DNA of 64,000 nt from Eubacteriales bacterium (GTDB taxonomy: Bacteria > Bacillota > Clostridia > Oscillospirales > CAG-272): the NCBI GenBank assembly GCA_045636465.1, contig JAZTXP010000069.1, positions 1,112-65,111 of the forward strand. The letters are read 5' to 3'. The translations under genes were made by a program, and so were the position numbers. How positions within the stretch are numbered: the stretch's first letter is position 1; each line of letters starts with the position of its first letter. The notes under the pieces were generated by a model, which was not told the origin of the DNA, did no database searches, and saw only the letters and a program-made list of their open reading frames with translations. Of this stretch, positions 20,620 to 31,272 are shown one piece after another.

Positions 20620-20865
20620 TAAAAACAATAAAGGGCAGCAAAAATGCTACCCTTTATTACCCGCATGGCCGTGTAAAGCAAGTCTTTAACCCGGTCTGAC
20701 CAGGTGGGTGTCCTCTCTGTTGCTTTGCGCTTCCAACGTCCGCTTGGAGGAGGTTATAAAACAGTCCTCGGCGGGAGGCCTGCATCCCGACAACAGAAGT
20801 CCGGACTCCCTTAAAATGTGTGTAGGTTCAAATATCACCTTATCACGCACCACGCAGGAATGAAT
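20620..20865 (-). ncRNA. ssrS: Candidate 6S RNA (ssrS-like) with its own terminator
   Basis: About 350 nt without an ORF. On the minus-strand RNA, a long imperfect closing helix forms (ATTCCTGCGTGG.../...CCATGCGGGTAAT and TTTGAACC/GGTTAAA). It flanks an asymmetric central bubble of about 14/13 nt, followed by a second long helix (GGGAGTCCGGACTTCTGTTG / CAACAGAGAGGACACCC). A -10 TAAAAT lies at 20870-20875 and a hairpin plus T-run at 20615-20655. Confidence 0.5.
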
Positions 20866-20872
20866 TCAAATT

Positions 20873-21175
20873 TTATGCGTCGTAATCAACTTCACTGAAG
20901 AAGAGATCGTTGAAGTACTCTTCAACCTTCTCGAACTCGTCATCATCGTCAATGCTGGAGAGAACGATGTCATCGCCATCCTCTTCAACACTGAGAATTA
21001 CGTACTCCTCGGAATCTTCATCAACGGGAGCGAGAGCGTAATAGAGAGTTTCGTCGATAGTTGCGCTTGCAAGAAGCTCAAAGTCCTGAGATTCTCCGCT
21101 TTCTTCATCTGTAAGCGTAAAAACGGGAACTTCATCAAATTCTTCTTCATTTACATTCTTTTCGATATCAGTCAT
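20873..21175 (-). CDS. DUF1292-family acidic protein
   Basis: 100 aa and very acidic. FTLTDEESGESQDFELLASATIDETLYYALAP resembles the DUF1292 core. Confidence 0.75.
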   Translation of the reverse strand: MTDIEKNVNEEEFDEVPVFTLTDEESGESQDFELLASATIDETLYYALAPVDEDSEEYVILSVEEDGDDIVLSSIDDDDEFEKVEEYFNDLFFSEVDYDA

Positions 21176-21244
21176 TTTTATACTCCTTTTATTTTGGTTT
21201 CCATATATATTTTACAATAATCATACGAAAATGTCAATACAAAA

Positions 21245-22366
21245 CTACAATAATTCTGTAATAATGTAATTGCTCACGTAAAACCCTTTCTCTGTTAATG
21301 AAAGTCTACCATTATTAATAGTAACATACCCTCCCAAAGAAAGGCGCGAGATTATCTCTTCCCTTCCTGATAAGAAATCCTCAGAGAAAAGTTTTTTATA
21401 TTCGGATAATGAAATTCCCTCGCTAAGTCTAAGAGCAAGCATAGCATATTCGTATTTTTCGGCGTCCGGATCAATAATATCGCAGTATTCCGATATTCCC
21501 GATCCGTCTAAATATTTTTGTAAGTTTTTTGTATTGCCAAAGCGCTTACCGTCGAGATATGAATATGCAGAAAGCCCAACACCTATAAATTCTTTTGAAT
21601 TCCAGTATTTTTTGTTGTGGCGGGATTCAAATTCGGGTTTCGCGTAATTCGATATTTCGTAATGATTATATCCGTACTGCGACAATAGGCTACAAGCCAG
21701 CTCATACATATCACACTCCGTATCCTCAGAAGGCAACGGCAATTCGTTTGAACATTCAAAGAAGGGGGTTCCTTCTTCGAGGATCAGGCCGTAGATAGAT
21801 AGATGCTCGGGACCAAGCTCTAAAACTGTCTTTAACGTCTCTCTAAAGCTTTCCATCGTCTGATGTGGAATGCCGTACATAATATCTACGTTGATATTAT
21901 TAATACCAAGGGTTCTCAGCTCCGAATAGGTTTTTAGAAAATCTTCGTAGCTATGTATTCTGCCTAATTTTTTGAGTTCTTTTTCGTGAATTGTTTGCAA
22001 TCCGATACTGAATCTGTTTACTCCGCACTTTATAAATCCACAAAGGCTATCAAGGCTTGTGGTGCCGGGATTTGCTTCCATAGTGAACTCTATATTCTCA
22101 TCGAAAGAAAACGTTTCTCTGATAGCACCCGTTATTTTTCTCATATCCTCTACCGATAGGAGAGTTGGGGTTCCGCCGCCAAAGAAAACGGTATCAACAG
22201 AAATATCTTGTCCCTTATAGGTAAGGATCTCACGGCAGATTTGATCGATATAAGATTCTCTTTCGCCTGAATCAAGTCCGCTAAAAGAACAAAAATCGCA
22301 GTAATTACATTTTTTTACACAGAATGGGATATGAACGTAAAGTCCTTTTTTATCAGTTTTCATCAT
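21245..22366 (-). CDS. hemW: Radical SAM heme chaperone HemW (HemN-like, oxygen-independent coproporphyrinogen oxidase family)
   Basis: [16 protein letters not shown] (CxxxCxxC) motif, in the conserved position after lepA. Confidence 0.9.
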   Translation of the reverse strand: MMKTDKKGLYVHIPFCVKKCNYCDFCSFSGLDSGERESYIDQICREILTYKGQDISVDTVFFGGGTPTLLSVEDMRKITGAIRETFSFDENIEFTMEANPGTTSLDSLCGFIKCGVNRFSIGLQTIHEKELKKLGRIHSYEDFLKTYSELRTLGINNINVDIMYGIPHQTMESFRETLKTVLELGPEHLSIYGLILEEGTPFFECSNELPLPSEDTECDMYELACSLLSQYGYNHYEISNYAKPEFESRHNKKYWNSKEFIGVGLSAYSYLDGKRFGNTKNLQKYLDGSGISEYCDIIDPDAEKYEYAMLALRLSEGISLSEYKKLFSEDFLSGREEIISRLSLGGYVTINNGRLSLTEKGFYVSNYIITELL

Positions 22367-24167
22367 TCAAACGAAGAACTGCCATAAAGGCCTCGGGGGT
22401 AACCTCTACGCTACCAAGCTTACGCATTTTCTTTTTACCCTCTTTTTGCTTCTCAAGAAGCTTTTTCTTACGGGTAATATCACCACCGTAGCATTTAGCA
22501 AGAACGTCTTTGCGCATAGCTTTAACTGTTTCTCTAGCAATGATCTTCGAGCCAATAGCAGCCTGAATGGGTATCTCGAAGAGCTGACGAGGAATATTTT
22601 CCTTTAGCTTTTCAGCTATTTTTCTTGCTCTTGTGTATGCTCTTTCCTCAAATACGATGAATGAAAGGGCGTCAACTACCTCTCCGTTAAGCATAAAATC
22701 AAGCTTAACGAGCTTAGACTGCTTATATCCCTTAAGCTCGTAATCAAGAGAAGCATATCCCTTTGAACGGCTCTTTAACGCATCAAAGAAATCGTAGATA
22801 ATTTCATTTAAGGGGAGATCGTAGTGGATTTCAGCACGTGTGGCATCAATATATTTCATATCAATAAACACACCGCGCCTGTCCTGGCAAAGATCCATTA
22901 CACCGCCTATATACTCGGTGGGGGTAATAATGGTGGCCTTCATAATAGGCTCATACGCAACGCCAATCTCGTCGGGAGATGGGAATTTTGAGGGGTTATC
23001 GATCATAACCACTTCTCCACCACGCATCTCTACCTTATAAATAACTGAGGGAGCTGTGGTTATTAGATCAAGATTGAATTCTCTTTCAAGACGCTCTTCG
23101 ATTATCTCCATATGAAGAAGTCCAAGGAATCCGCATCTGAAGCCAAAGCCTAAGGCAATAGAGGTTTCGGGCTCGAATACAAGAGAGGCATCGTTAAGCT
23201 GAAGCTTTTCAAGCGCATCACGCAGATCGCCGTATCTTGCGCCGTCTGCGGGATATATACCCGAATACACCATAGGATGCACGTCTCTGAAGCCGTCAAG
23301 AGGCTTATCTGCGGGATTATCTACAAGAGTAATTGTATCGCCTACTCTGGTATCTCCCACAGTCTTGATAGATGCTGTAATATATCCAACCTCGCCGGCA
23401 GAAAGAATCTCGCACTTCTGCAGACCAAAGGGCTCCATCGTTCCAACCTCGCAAACCTCAAATTCGGTTCCGTGGGCCATCAGCTTGATTCTGTCGCCTG
23501 CTTTTACAGAGCCGTCAAACACTCTGATATAAACTACAACTCCGAGATAGGAATCGTAATGGGAATCAAATATCAACGCTTTCAGAGGCGCGTCAATATC
23601 TCCCTCGGGAGCAGGGATATCGGTTATTATCTTTTCAAGCACGTCTTCTATATTTAATCCGTTTTTGGCAGATACTGCAGGGCAGTCCTCTGCAGGGATG
23701 CCGATTATGTCCTCAATTTCCGCTCTCGCGCCTTCGATATTTGCAGAAGCAAGATCGATTTTATTGATAACCGGCAGTATCTCAAGATCGTTATCAATGG
23801 CGAGATATGCATTTGCAAGAGTCTGCGCCTCAACTCCTTGAGTTGCATCAACGACAAGAAGCGCGCCCTCGCAAGCCTTGAGAGATCTGGATACCTCATA
23901 TCCAAAGTCAACGTGCCCGGGAGTATCAATAAGGTTGTACTGATACTCTTCTCCCGATTTCGACGTATATGCGAGTCTTACCGCGCGAGCTTTAATGGTA
24001 ATTCCGCGCTCGCGCTCAAGATCCATATTATCAAGTATTTGCTCCTCCATATCGCGGGTGGCAACCGTTCTCGTCTTTTCAAGGATTCGGTCGGCCAAGG
24101 TAGATTTACCGTGGTCTATATGCGCAATTATGGAGAAATTTCTAATATGTTTTTGTTTTTCTGTCAC
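22353..24167 (-). CDS. lepA: Translation elongation factor 4 (LepA)
   Basis: [28 protein letters not shown] and the LepA C-terminal domain, about 600 aa. Confidence 0.97.
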   Translation of the reverse strand: MTEKQKHIRNFSIIAHIDHGKSTLADRILEKTRTVATRDMEEQILDNMDLERERGITIKARAVRLAYTSKSGEEYQYNLIDTPGHVDFGYEVSRSLKACEGALLVVDATQGVEAQTLANAYLAIDNDLEILPVINKIDLASANIEGARAEIEDIIGIPAEDCPAVSAKNGLNIEDVLEKIITDIPAPEGDIDAPLKALIFDSHYDSYLGVVVYIRVFDGSVKAGDRIKLMAHGTEFEVCEVGTMEPFGLQKCEILSAGEVGYITASIKTVGDTRVGDTITLVDNPADKPLDGFRDVHPMVYSGIYPADGARYGDLRDALEKLQLNDASLVFEPETSIALGFGFRCGFLGLLHMEIIEERLEREFNLDLITTAPSVIYKVEMRGGEVVMIDNPSKFPSPDEIGVAYEPIMKATIITPTEYIGGVMDLCQDRRGVFIDMKYIDATRAEIHYDLPLNEIIYDFFDALKSRSKGYASLDYELKGYKQSKLVKLDFMLNGEVVDALSFIVFEERAYTRARKIAEKLKENIPRQLFEIPIQAAIGSKIIARETVKAMRKDVLAKCYGGDITRKKKLLEKQKEGKKKMRKLGSVEVTPEAFMAVLRLNDEN

Positions 24168-24207
24168 TGTTTTTATATACTCCTACCACCCTTTGCGGGC
24201 GGTTATT

Positions 24208-25938
24208 TTATACTTCTGTAATTCTTTTTGCATCCTTCTCGTAAGCAGCTACCTTAGCATCGGTGCTTTCGGCATCAGCTCCGTGAGCAAGAACGTAAAT
24301 TTTGATCTTAGGCTCTGTGCCCGAAGGACGAACTATGATCTTATCCTCGTTTTCAAGTGTGTAGTAAAGAACGTCGGAGGAGGGCTGACCGGTAGATTCG
24401 GTGGCGCCGGTTGCAAGAGTGGTTACAACCCCCGTCTTGAAATCGCCGGACTTAGCAACGGAAATGCCGCCGAGAGTCGCCGGAGGATTGTCTCTGAGGG
24501 ACTGCATAACTCTACGTCTCTTCTCAATGCCGTCAAGACCTTCCATATAAATATCTATTGTGCGTTCTCTGTAGAGACCGTAGTTTTCATAGAGCTTTTC
24601 AAGAGCATCGGAAAGCGTCATATTGAGCTTCTTGTAGTAAGCGGTCATCTCGAGGATCATCATAGATGCGCCTACCGCATCCTTATCTCTTGCGTAAGAG
24701 CCGAGAAGATAGCCGTAGCTCTCCTCGAAGCCAAGAAGGAATCCATCCTTTTTGCCTGCAGCCTCGTAATTCTTGATAACCTCACCGATAAACTTGAAGC
24801 CGGTGAGAACATCGTGAAGCTTGATGCCGTTGATCTGAGCAATTCTGTACGCCATATCAGTAGAAACAAGGCTCTTTACGCAATATGCACCATCGGGAAG
24901 AGTGCCTGTGATCTTTCTTGCCTTGATTACGTAATCAAGAAGAAGCGCACCCATCTGGTTTCCTGTGATGGTAGCAAACTCGCCGCCCTTGGTACGTGTC
25001 ATTACACCTACGCGGTCAGAATCGGGGTCGGTGGCAATTACGAGATCGGAGCCAACCTTATTTGCTATTTCGATACCGAGCTTGAATACTGCGGGATATT
25101 CGGGGTTGGGCTTCTCTACTGTGGGGAAATCTCCGTTAGGAGTCATCTGCTCATCTACCGTATGAAGGTGCTTAAGACCGACTCTCTTAAAGATCTCGGG
25201 AACGAGCTTATAGCCTGCTCCGTGAAGGGGTGTATATACAACCTTAAGCTCGTCGGCAACGCTTTTGATAGCCTCGGAGTAAATAGCCGTCTCCATTACA
25301 GCCGCAAGATACTTTTCGTCAAAATCAGAGTGAAGCTCAACGATCATACCCGAAGCAACTCCCTCGTCATAATCCACGATGCCGCTCATATCAAGAACGT
25401 CAAACTTAGATCTCTCGGAGGATACGATCTTTGCCTGCTCAGGACTGATCTGCGCGCCGTCCTCCCAATATGCCTTGTAACCGTTATACTCCTTGGGGTT
25501 GTGAGATGCGGTAATATTGATACCTGCAAGGGCGCCAAGCTCTCTTACAGCGAAGGAAAGCTCGGGTGTGGGACGGATATCGTCAAATATATAGGACTTA
25601 ATGCCTGCCCCTGCTAAAACGCAAGCGCTGATCTTTGCAAATTCTCTGGAGTTGTTTCTGGAGTCGTAGGCGATAGCAACACCGCGGGATTCGCCGTTTT
25701 GTGCCTTAATGAGCGCGGCAATACCCCTGGTGGTCTGCGCAACGGTAAATCTATTCATATTACCGATGCCCTGATACATAGTTGAACGAAGGCCTGCAGT
25801 TCCGAAATCCATAGGATTTGAAAATCTGAATTCCTTAAGCTCCTCGTTATTTTTGATGGATTCCAGTTCTTCTCTTTCCTTTGCAGATAAAACGGGGCTT
25901 TCAAGCCATCTTAAGTATTCATTCTGATAATTTGCCAT
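24208..25938 (-). CDS. Phospho-sugar mutase (alpha-phosphoglucomutase/phosphomannomutase family, PgcA-like)
   Basis: Active-site TASHNPKEYNGYK, GIATDPDSDR-like (VIATDPDSDRVG) and PSGTEPKIK motifs. Confidence 0.9.
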   Translation of the reverse strand: MANYQNEYLRWLESPVLSAKEREELESIKNNEELKEFRFSNPMDFGTAGLRSTMYQGIGNMNRFTVAQTTRGIAALIKAQNGESRGVAIAYDSRNNSREFAKISACVLAGAGIKSYIFDDIRPTPELSFAVRELGALAGINITASHNPKEYNGYKAYWEDGAQISPEQAKIVSSERSKFDVLDMSGIVDYDEGVASGMIVELHSDFDEKYLAAVMETAIYSEAIKSVADELKVVYTPLHGAGYKLVPEIFKRVGLKHLHTVDEQMTPNGDFPTVEKPNPEYPAVFKLGIEIANKVGSDLVIATDPDSDRVGVMTRTKGGEFATITGNQMGALLLDYVIKARKITGTLPDGAYCVKSLVSTDMAYRIAQINGIKLHDVLTGFKFIGEVIKNYEAAGKKDGFLLGFEESYGYLLGSYARDKDAVGASMMILEMTAYYKKLNMTLSDALEKLYENYGLYRERTIDIYMEGLDGIEKRRRVMQSLRDNPPATLGGISVAKSGDFKTGVVTTLATGATESTGQPSSDVLYYTLENEDKIIVRPSGTEPKIKIYVLAHGADAESTDAKVAAYEKDAKRITEV

Positions 25939-25999
25939 AATATCGTACCTTCCTTATGTAATACAAAGTTAGTTGTTAAATAGGGAAACTATGTATGGA

Positions 26000-26254
26000 T
26001 TACTGCTCCGAAAGCTCAACGAGAGCCTTGGAAAGCTGATCGGGGCAAGATGTGCTTCTCATACCGCACTTAATGCCGCCGAGAATTTCGATGACGTCAT
26101 CAACGCGTCTGCCCTTTGCCAAGGCTGCAACGCCCTGAGTGTTGCCGGGGCATCCTCCCACAAATTTGCAATCTACAATGATATCATCTTCTACATCGAT
26201 GATGATCTTTTTGGAACAGGTCCCGCTGGTTGCGTATTCAATATGCTTTGTCAT
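26000..26254 (-). CDS. TSCPD-domain small protein (TIGR03905-like)
   Basis: 84 aa with GGCPGNTQGVAALAKG....TSCPDQL motifs. Confidence 0.75.
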   Translation of the reverse strand: MTKHIEYATSGTCSKKIIIDVEDDIIVDCKFVGGCPGNTQGVAALAKGRRVDDVIEILGGIKCGMRSTSCPDQLSKALVELSEQ

Positions 26255-26482
26255 TTTTATATCCTTTCGTTTTTTTGGATTTGGGCTGTCATAGCCGCAG
26301 ACTTATCCATCATATATTAGTATGCTATTATATTATACAATATATTTTTTAAAAAAACAATATATTTTTCTAATTTTAATAAGAAAATATTTAATTGGAA
26401 CGAAAAATTATTTTCAAAAACATATTGATTTTTCTGATTGTTTGTGCTATAATATTCGCAGCGACTAAAGATCGCACCATTT

Positions 26483-26569
26483 GCCGGTATGGTGGAATTG
26501 GCAGACGCGTCGGACTCAAAATCCGAAGGTAGCAATACCGTGTCGGTTCGACCCCGACTACCGGCACCA
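26483..26569 (+). tRNA. tRNA-Leu (anticodon CAA), long variable arm, CCA encoded
   Basis: GCCGGTATGGTGGAATTGGCAGACGCGTCGGACTCAAAATCCGAAGGTAGCAATACCGTGTCGGTTCGACCCCGACTACCGGCACCA. The anticodon loop is CTCAAAA. Confidence 0.93.
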
Positions 26570-26571
26570 TA

Positions 26572-26611
26572 AAACAATCCGAACACGACCGTGGCGCGGA
26601 TTGTTTTTTTA
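26572..26611 (+). terminator. Terminator after tRNA-Leu
   Basis: AAACAATCCG ... CGGATTGTT followed by TTTTTT. Confidence 0.75.
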
Positions 26612-26686
26612 TTGAAAAAATATTAATGTAAAAATCCCGACGGCTGATTGATGAGTGGGTTCAAAAATCAGTTGTCGGGATTTGTT

Positions 26687-29086
26687 TTATCCTAGGGTAA
26701 TTACGGTTACGCCTGCGTCGCCTTCGCCGTATTCGCCGTGGCGATAGGATTTGATTCGTTTGTCGAATTTGAAATATTTCCAGAGGGCGGCGCGGAGGGC
26801 GCCTGTTCCCTTTCCGTGGATGATTCGGATGGTTGGGATGTTTGCGAGGATGGCATCGTCGATATATTTATCAACCACGAACCAGGCGTCATCGCCAATC
26901 ATACCGCGAACGTCGATCTCGGGCTTGAAGGTAGAGGTGACGGTTTTCTTAACCTTACCTTCGTTAACCTTTTTAGGCTCAGGGCCTTTTGTATATTTAA
27001 CGTTACCTTCAAGAAGACGGATCTTGTCCTCGGTGACCTTTGCCTTCAAGATGCCTGAGGTAACGGAGATCATTCCCTTCTTATCGGCGAGAGCGGTAAC
27101 AACACCTTCTTTTCCGATGGTAGTAAGGTATACCTTATCTCCAACCTTCAGGGGGCGAGGCAATACGTAATCGTCATCAAGGGAGATATCCTTGACGCTA
27201 ACGTCAGCTAAAAGTCCCTCGCTCTCGCGCATGCGCTCTCTTATTGCTTCTCTTGCAGAGATCATCATTGCGTTGCGCTTTTCCTTATCCTCCTGCTTGC
27301 GAAGCTCCTCAAGCTGCTTGAATATAAATTCGCTGGATGCTCTTGCGCTCTCTAAAATCTGCCTTGCTTTAAGTGCTTGTTTTGAGATTTCTTCTTCGCT
27401 CTTAGCAATTTTTCGCTTAAGATCTTCTTCAGCATTTAACTTGAAGGATTCGTATTCAACACGCATTTTTTCGGCGAGATTCTTCTCTTTTTCCATTTGA
27501 ATTCTGTTGGTGTCAAGTCTTTCAATAACGTCCTCGAATCTCTTGTTATCGCGCTCGATGAGCTTGTTTGCTCTCGCGATAATATTCTCGGAAATTCCAA
27601 GCTTTTCGGAAATTGCAAAGGCGTTTGACTTACCGGGAGTACCAACTATAAGCCTATAGGTAGGTCTGAGGGTTTCCACGTCAAACTCGCAAGAGGCATT
27701 TTGCACTCCCTCGGTTTCAAGGGCATAAACCTTAAGCTCCGCGTAGTGGGTGGTTGCCAATGAAATAGCGCCTGCTGATGCAGTATTTTCAAGAATTGCA
27801 ATGGCAAGAGCCGCGCCCTCAATGGGGTCTGTTCCCGAGCCAAGCTCGTCGAATAACACAAGCGAGCCGGGGCTCACCTTTTTCAGTATATCAACTACGT
27901 TGACCATATGCGCTGAGAAGGTAGATAATGAGGCCTCTATGCTCTGCTCATCACCGATATCAACCAGCACCTCATCAAAGATACCAACTGTGGAGCTTTC
28001 AAGGGCGGGAATCTGTAAGCCAGACTGAGCCATTAGGGCGAAAAGTCCTACGGTTTTAAGGGTTACGGTTTTTCCGCCTGTATTAGGACCTGTTATAATC
28101 AAGGTTTTATAGGCGTCTCCTATACTGATATTGATAGGAACAACTTTATCGCGGGGGATCAAGGGATGGCGCGCTCTTCTTAGGTCTATTCTGCGATCTT
28201 TGACTATATTCGGCTTCTCTGCCTTCATCTGATTTGCCAAGGTTGCGGTTGCAAAATAAAAAGCGATATCGGTTATATTATGGTAATCAAGAGTCAAAAC
28301 AGAGGAATATTCTCCGCATTCAGCAGAAAGCTCCGCAAGGATTCTTTCGATTTCGTGCTCCTCTGCCGCTGCAAGGCTCTTAAGCTCGTTATTTGCTTCT
28401 ACCACCGCCATAGGCTCTATAAATAAGGTAGCTCCGGAGGATGAGGTATCGTGAACCAAGCCCTTCATCTCGTTTTTATACTCGGCTTTTACAGGAACTA
28501 CGTATCTTCCGTTTCGCATTGTCACGATATTTTCCTGAAGATACTTGTTTCTGACACCGCCTATATAGGTCTGAAGGGTGTCCTTGATCTTATTATTGGC
28601 ATTTCGTATTTTTCGTCTGATGTCGGCAAGCGCCGGGCTTGCTTCGTCCGCGATAAGATCCTCGGAAATTATGGATCTTGATATTTTTTCTTCAAGAGTT
28701 CTGTTTGGCATCAATCTATTGAAGATAGCATCAAGGGAGGTTTCAAAGGGCTTGTCCGCGCTGATATAATCAAGCATCATTCTTGCCGATCGAAGCATTG
28801 AGGCTATATTCATAAGCTCGCTGGGAGACAGTATCGCTCCTTTGTACGCGCGCTCGGCTGATGAAACAACACTTTCCTCTGCGGAAAAGGATGGGTATCC
28901 TTTTGCATTTATCAGTCTTTTTGCATCATCTGTCTTTGTCTGTCTTTCAACTACCACATCGTAATCGCTTGTAGGCGTCAAGGATCTGGCGCGGCTTTTT
29001 GCCCCGCTTGTAGATGCACACTCGACCAGCATATCTATAATTTTGTCAAATTCAAGGGTAGTTAAGGATTTTTCGGTAAACAGCAT
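26687..29086 (-). CDS. mutS2: Endonuclease MutS2 (MutS ATPase plus C-terminal Smr domain)
   Basis: Walker A motif ITGPNTGGKT, LFDELGSGTDP, a coiled-coil region, and an Smr tail (IIHGKGTGALR). Confidence 0.95.
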   Translation of the reverse strand: MLFTEKSLTTLEFDKIIDMLVECASTSGAKSRARSLTPTSDYDVVVERQTKTDDAKRLINAKGYPSFSAEESVVSSAERAYKGAILSPSELMNIASMLRSARMMLDYISADKPFETSLDAIFNRLMPNRTLEEKISRSIISEDLIADEASPALADIRRKIRNANNKIKDTLQTYIGGVRNKYLQENIVTMRNGRYVVPVKAEYKNEMKGLVHDTSSSGATLFIEPMAVVEANNELKSLAAAEEHEIERILAELSAECGEYSSVLTLDYHNITDIAFYFATATLANQMKAEKPNIVKDRRIDLRRARHPLIPRDKVVPINISIGDAYKTLIITGPNTGGKTVTLKTVGLFALMAQSGLQIPALESSTVGIFDEVLVDIGDEQSIEASLSTFSAHMVNVVDILKKVSPGSLVLFDELGSGTDPIEGAALAIAILENTASAGAISLATTHYAELKVYALETEGVQNASCEFDVETLRPTYRLIVGTPGKSNAFAISEKLGISENIIARANKLIERDNKRFEDVIERLDTNRIQMEKEKNLAEKMRVEYESFKLNAEEDLKRKIAKSEEEISKQALKARQILESARASSEFIFKQLEELRKQEDKEKRNAMMISAREAIRERMRESEGLLADVSVKDISLDDDYVLPRPLKVGDKVYLTTIGKEGVVTALADKKGMISVTSGILKAKVTEDKIRLLEGNVKYTKGPEPKKVNEGKVKKTVTSTFKPEIDVRGMIGDDAWFVVDKYIDDAILANIPTIRIIHGKGTGALRAALWKYFKFDKRIKSYRHGEYGEGDAGVTVITLG

Positions 29087-29105
29087 TATTTTATCCTTTT
29101 ATACG

Positions 29106-29879
29106 TTATATAAGTTTTTTGTAAAATTCCAGCGTTTTATAGGTGTGACCTACCTGGTTAAGCAGGTATTCCTCTGATGCGCGGGAGAAAAGATGCATAT
29201 CCTCATCGGAGATCTTGAAGGAAAACAGCTTATCAAGAGGCGAATAGATCGCATAGCCGAGAGCCATTTTTGCGCCCTCGGATAATATGCAGATTACCCT
29301 GGTCTCGTGAGGAGATTCGGGAAGCTCATGTCTCATTTCGGCCTCTCTGCGGCAATTCTTACATTCTATACCGCCCGCCATTATGTCGAAGAAAAATTCT
29401 CCGTTTTTTTCGCCGCATCTGCCGCAAGAAATAACGTCGGGCATAAATCCGAGAATCGACGCCGCGCGCATTTCGAAAACAGCCTTAATTTTATTAAGCT
29501 CATATTTTCCGCTGGAAATTGCGTACAGGGAGTTCAGCGATAAGCGCAAAAGATCGTTATCTGCCTCAGCGATAGTTACGTCGGACAACACCTCTGCTAT
29601 ATAGCTTGCAAGAGCCAAGCCCTCAATGGTCTCCCTTATGTTGAAGAAGCTCTCAATGAGTGATGCTTCTTTTATCCAATATTTATCTCCTTGCATATAG
29701 AGAACGAAATCGGAATAGCAAAATTGCATAGTCGAGGACATTTTTCTGCTCTTAAGCGAGCGAGCTCCTCTTGCCATAGCACTTACTACGCCCATCTCCT
29801 CGGTGAATATGGTTATGAGTCTGTCAGTTTCTCTGATATCAACCGTTCTGATAACCAGCCCTCTTACGTTTGTCTGCAT
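29106..29879 (-). CDS. recO: DNA repair protein RecO
   Basis: N-terminal OB-fold pattern (GLVIRTVDIRETDRLITIFT) and a Cys4 zinc motif (CGRCG...CKNC), positioned after era. Confidence 0.9.
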   Translation of the reverse strand: MQTNVRGLVIRTVDIRETDRLITIFTEEMGVVSAMARGARSLKSRKMSSTMQFCYSDFVLYMQGDKYWIKEASLIESFFNIRETIEGLALASYIAEVLSDVTIAEADNDLLRLSLNSLYAISSGKYELNKIKAVFEMRAASILGFMPDVISCGRCGEKNGEFFFDIMAGGIECKNCRREAEMRHELPESPHETRVICILSEGAKMALGYAIYSPLDKLFSFKISDEDMHLFSRASEEYLLNQVGHTYKTLEFYKKLI

Positions 29880-30766
29880 TATTCCTCGTCCCTGTACCCA
29901 AAGTCGGAAATATTGAAGTCGGAATCTCTCCAGTTTTCCTTAACTCTTACGTACAAGTCAAGGAATACTCTTGAGTCGAGCATTTTTTCGATGTCCTCAC
30001 GAGCATAAGAACCGATTTTTTTAATGGTAGCACCGTGCTTTCCGATAATGATTCCCTTATGAGATGCTTTCTCACAGTATATCTCGGCTCTGATAGATAC
30101 CAGATCGCCCTTTTCTTTCCATTCTTCAATGGTTACCGCGGTGCCGTGAGGAATTTCTTCCTCAAGCATACGAAGAAGCTTCTCTCTTATGATCTCGGAA
30201 GCAATCTTACGCTCGGGCTGATCGGTAACGATATCCTCCGAGAAGAACCAATCGCTCTCGCTAAGGTATTTTTCACATTCGGAAACCACAATATCAACGC
30301 CTTTGCCGTTCTTTGCGCAAATTGGTACTACTGCATCAAAATTAAAGGCCTGAGAATATGCCATAATGGTTTTTGCAATGTTAGAAGGAGTTACGGTATC
30401 GGTTTTGTTAATAACCAATATTGCGCCCAGCTTCTCAGATTTCAGGCGGGATATGATCTGTTTTTCGATATCGCCCACCTCTTCCCTTGCTTCAACAACA
30501 AGTATAGCACTGTCAACACCGCCTAAGGTATTCGAGGTGGTTTTCACCATAAAATCGCCAAGCTTTGTTCTTGGCTTGTGCATACCGGGGGTATCGAGGA
30601 ATACAAACTGATCGTCTCCTACGGTATGTATTCCGGTAATTCTGTTTCTGGTTGTCTGAGGCTTCTTTGAAACTATGGCAACCTTTTCTCCCAAAATTGA
30701 ATTGAGCAAGGTTGATTTACCTACGTTAGGTCTTCCTACTATTGCTATAAATGCAGTTCTTTTCAT
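29879..30766 (-). CDS. era: GTPase Era
   Basis: GRPNVGKSTLLN, DTPG, NKTD and a C-terminal KH domain. Confidence 0.95.
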   Translation of the reverse strand: MKRTAFIAIVGRPNVGKSTLLNSILGEKVAIVSKKPQTTRNRITGIHTVGDDQFVFLDTPGMHKPRTKLGDFMVKTTSNTLGGVDSAILVVEAREEVGDIEKQIISRLKSEKLGAILVINKTDTVTPSNIAKTIMAYSQAFNFDAVVPICAKNGKGVDIVVSECEKYLSESDWFFSEDIVTDQPERKIASEIIREKLLRMLEEEIPHGTAVTIEEWKEKGDLVSIRAEIYCEKASHKGIIIGKHGATIKKIGSYAREDIEKMLDSRVFLDLYVRVKENWRDSDFNISDFGYRDEE

Positions 30767-30788
30767 TACTTTCCTATTCCTTAAACTC

Positions 30789-31271
30789 TTATATTGATAA
30801 ACTCTCTATTATTTCTCTCTGTCTTTGGCACTGTATTTCCTCTTCCTCGGGGCTTCTTTCGTGATCATATCCAAGAAGATGAAGGGTGGAATGAATTGCA
30901 AGGAATGCTACCTCGCGCTCGAAGGTGTTGCCAACCTCCTTTGCCTGCTCGGCGGCTCTCTCTACCGAAATAACAATGTCTCCAAGAGACAATGTCTCGT
31001 CACCCGGGAAAAGTTCGCCCTCATCCTCAGGTAAATCATACATCGGGAAGGACAAAACATCGGTATGGGTGTTTTTATTTCTGTATTTTTTGTTGAGCTT
31101 CTTTATGTACTCGTTATCACAAAAGGTAACAGAAACGTCTGTGGGGAAAGAAAAATCTTCTTCCCCGAGAGTTGCCGAAATAGCATCTCTTACCACCATT
31201 TTGAGATTATAATCAACGCTTGGCAGCTCTTTTGTGGCAACGAACTTTATAATTAATTTCTTATTGAACAT
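30789..31271 (-). CDS. ybeY: rRNA maturation endoribonuclease YbeY
   Basis: HSTLHLLGYDH metal-binding motif. The start is ATG 31271 with a GGAAG SD. Confidence 0.92.
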   Translation of the reverse strand: MFNKKLIIKFVATKELPSVDYNLKMVVRDAISATLGEEDFSFPTDVSVTFCDNEYIKKLNKKYRNKNTHTDVLSFPMYDLPEDEGELFPGDETLSLGDIVISVERAAEQAKEVGNTFEREVAFLAIHSTLHLLGYDHERSPEEEEIQCQRQREIIESLSI

Positions 31272-31272
31272 T

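Noticed and set aside
20660-20865. RNase P RNA, tmRNA or a riboswitch as identity of the structured intergenic RNA
   Set aside because: It is too short for RNase P or tmRNA. It lacks the tmRNA tRNA-like ends (GGGG...CCACCA) and the RNase P P4 consensus. It has its own promoter and terminator and no downstream ORF in the same transcript, which argues against a cis-leader. The 6S-like fold fits better.
23995-25617. 540-aa plus-strand ORF
   Set aside because: It lies entirely antisense to lepA and the phospho-sugar mutase gene, both of which carry unmistakable family motifs. Its composition is Cys/Arg/Leu/Ser-rich and low-complexity with no SD, which is typical of a shadow ORF.
26317-26586. 89-aa minus-strand ORF
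   Set aside because: It overlaps tRNA-Leu(CAA) and its AT-rich upstream region. The tRNA explains the conserved GC-rich part.
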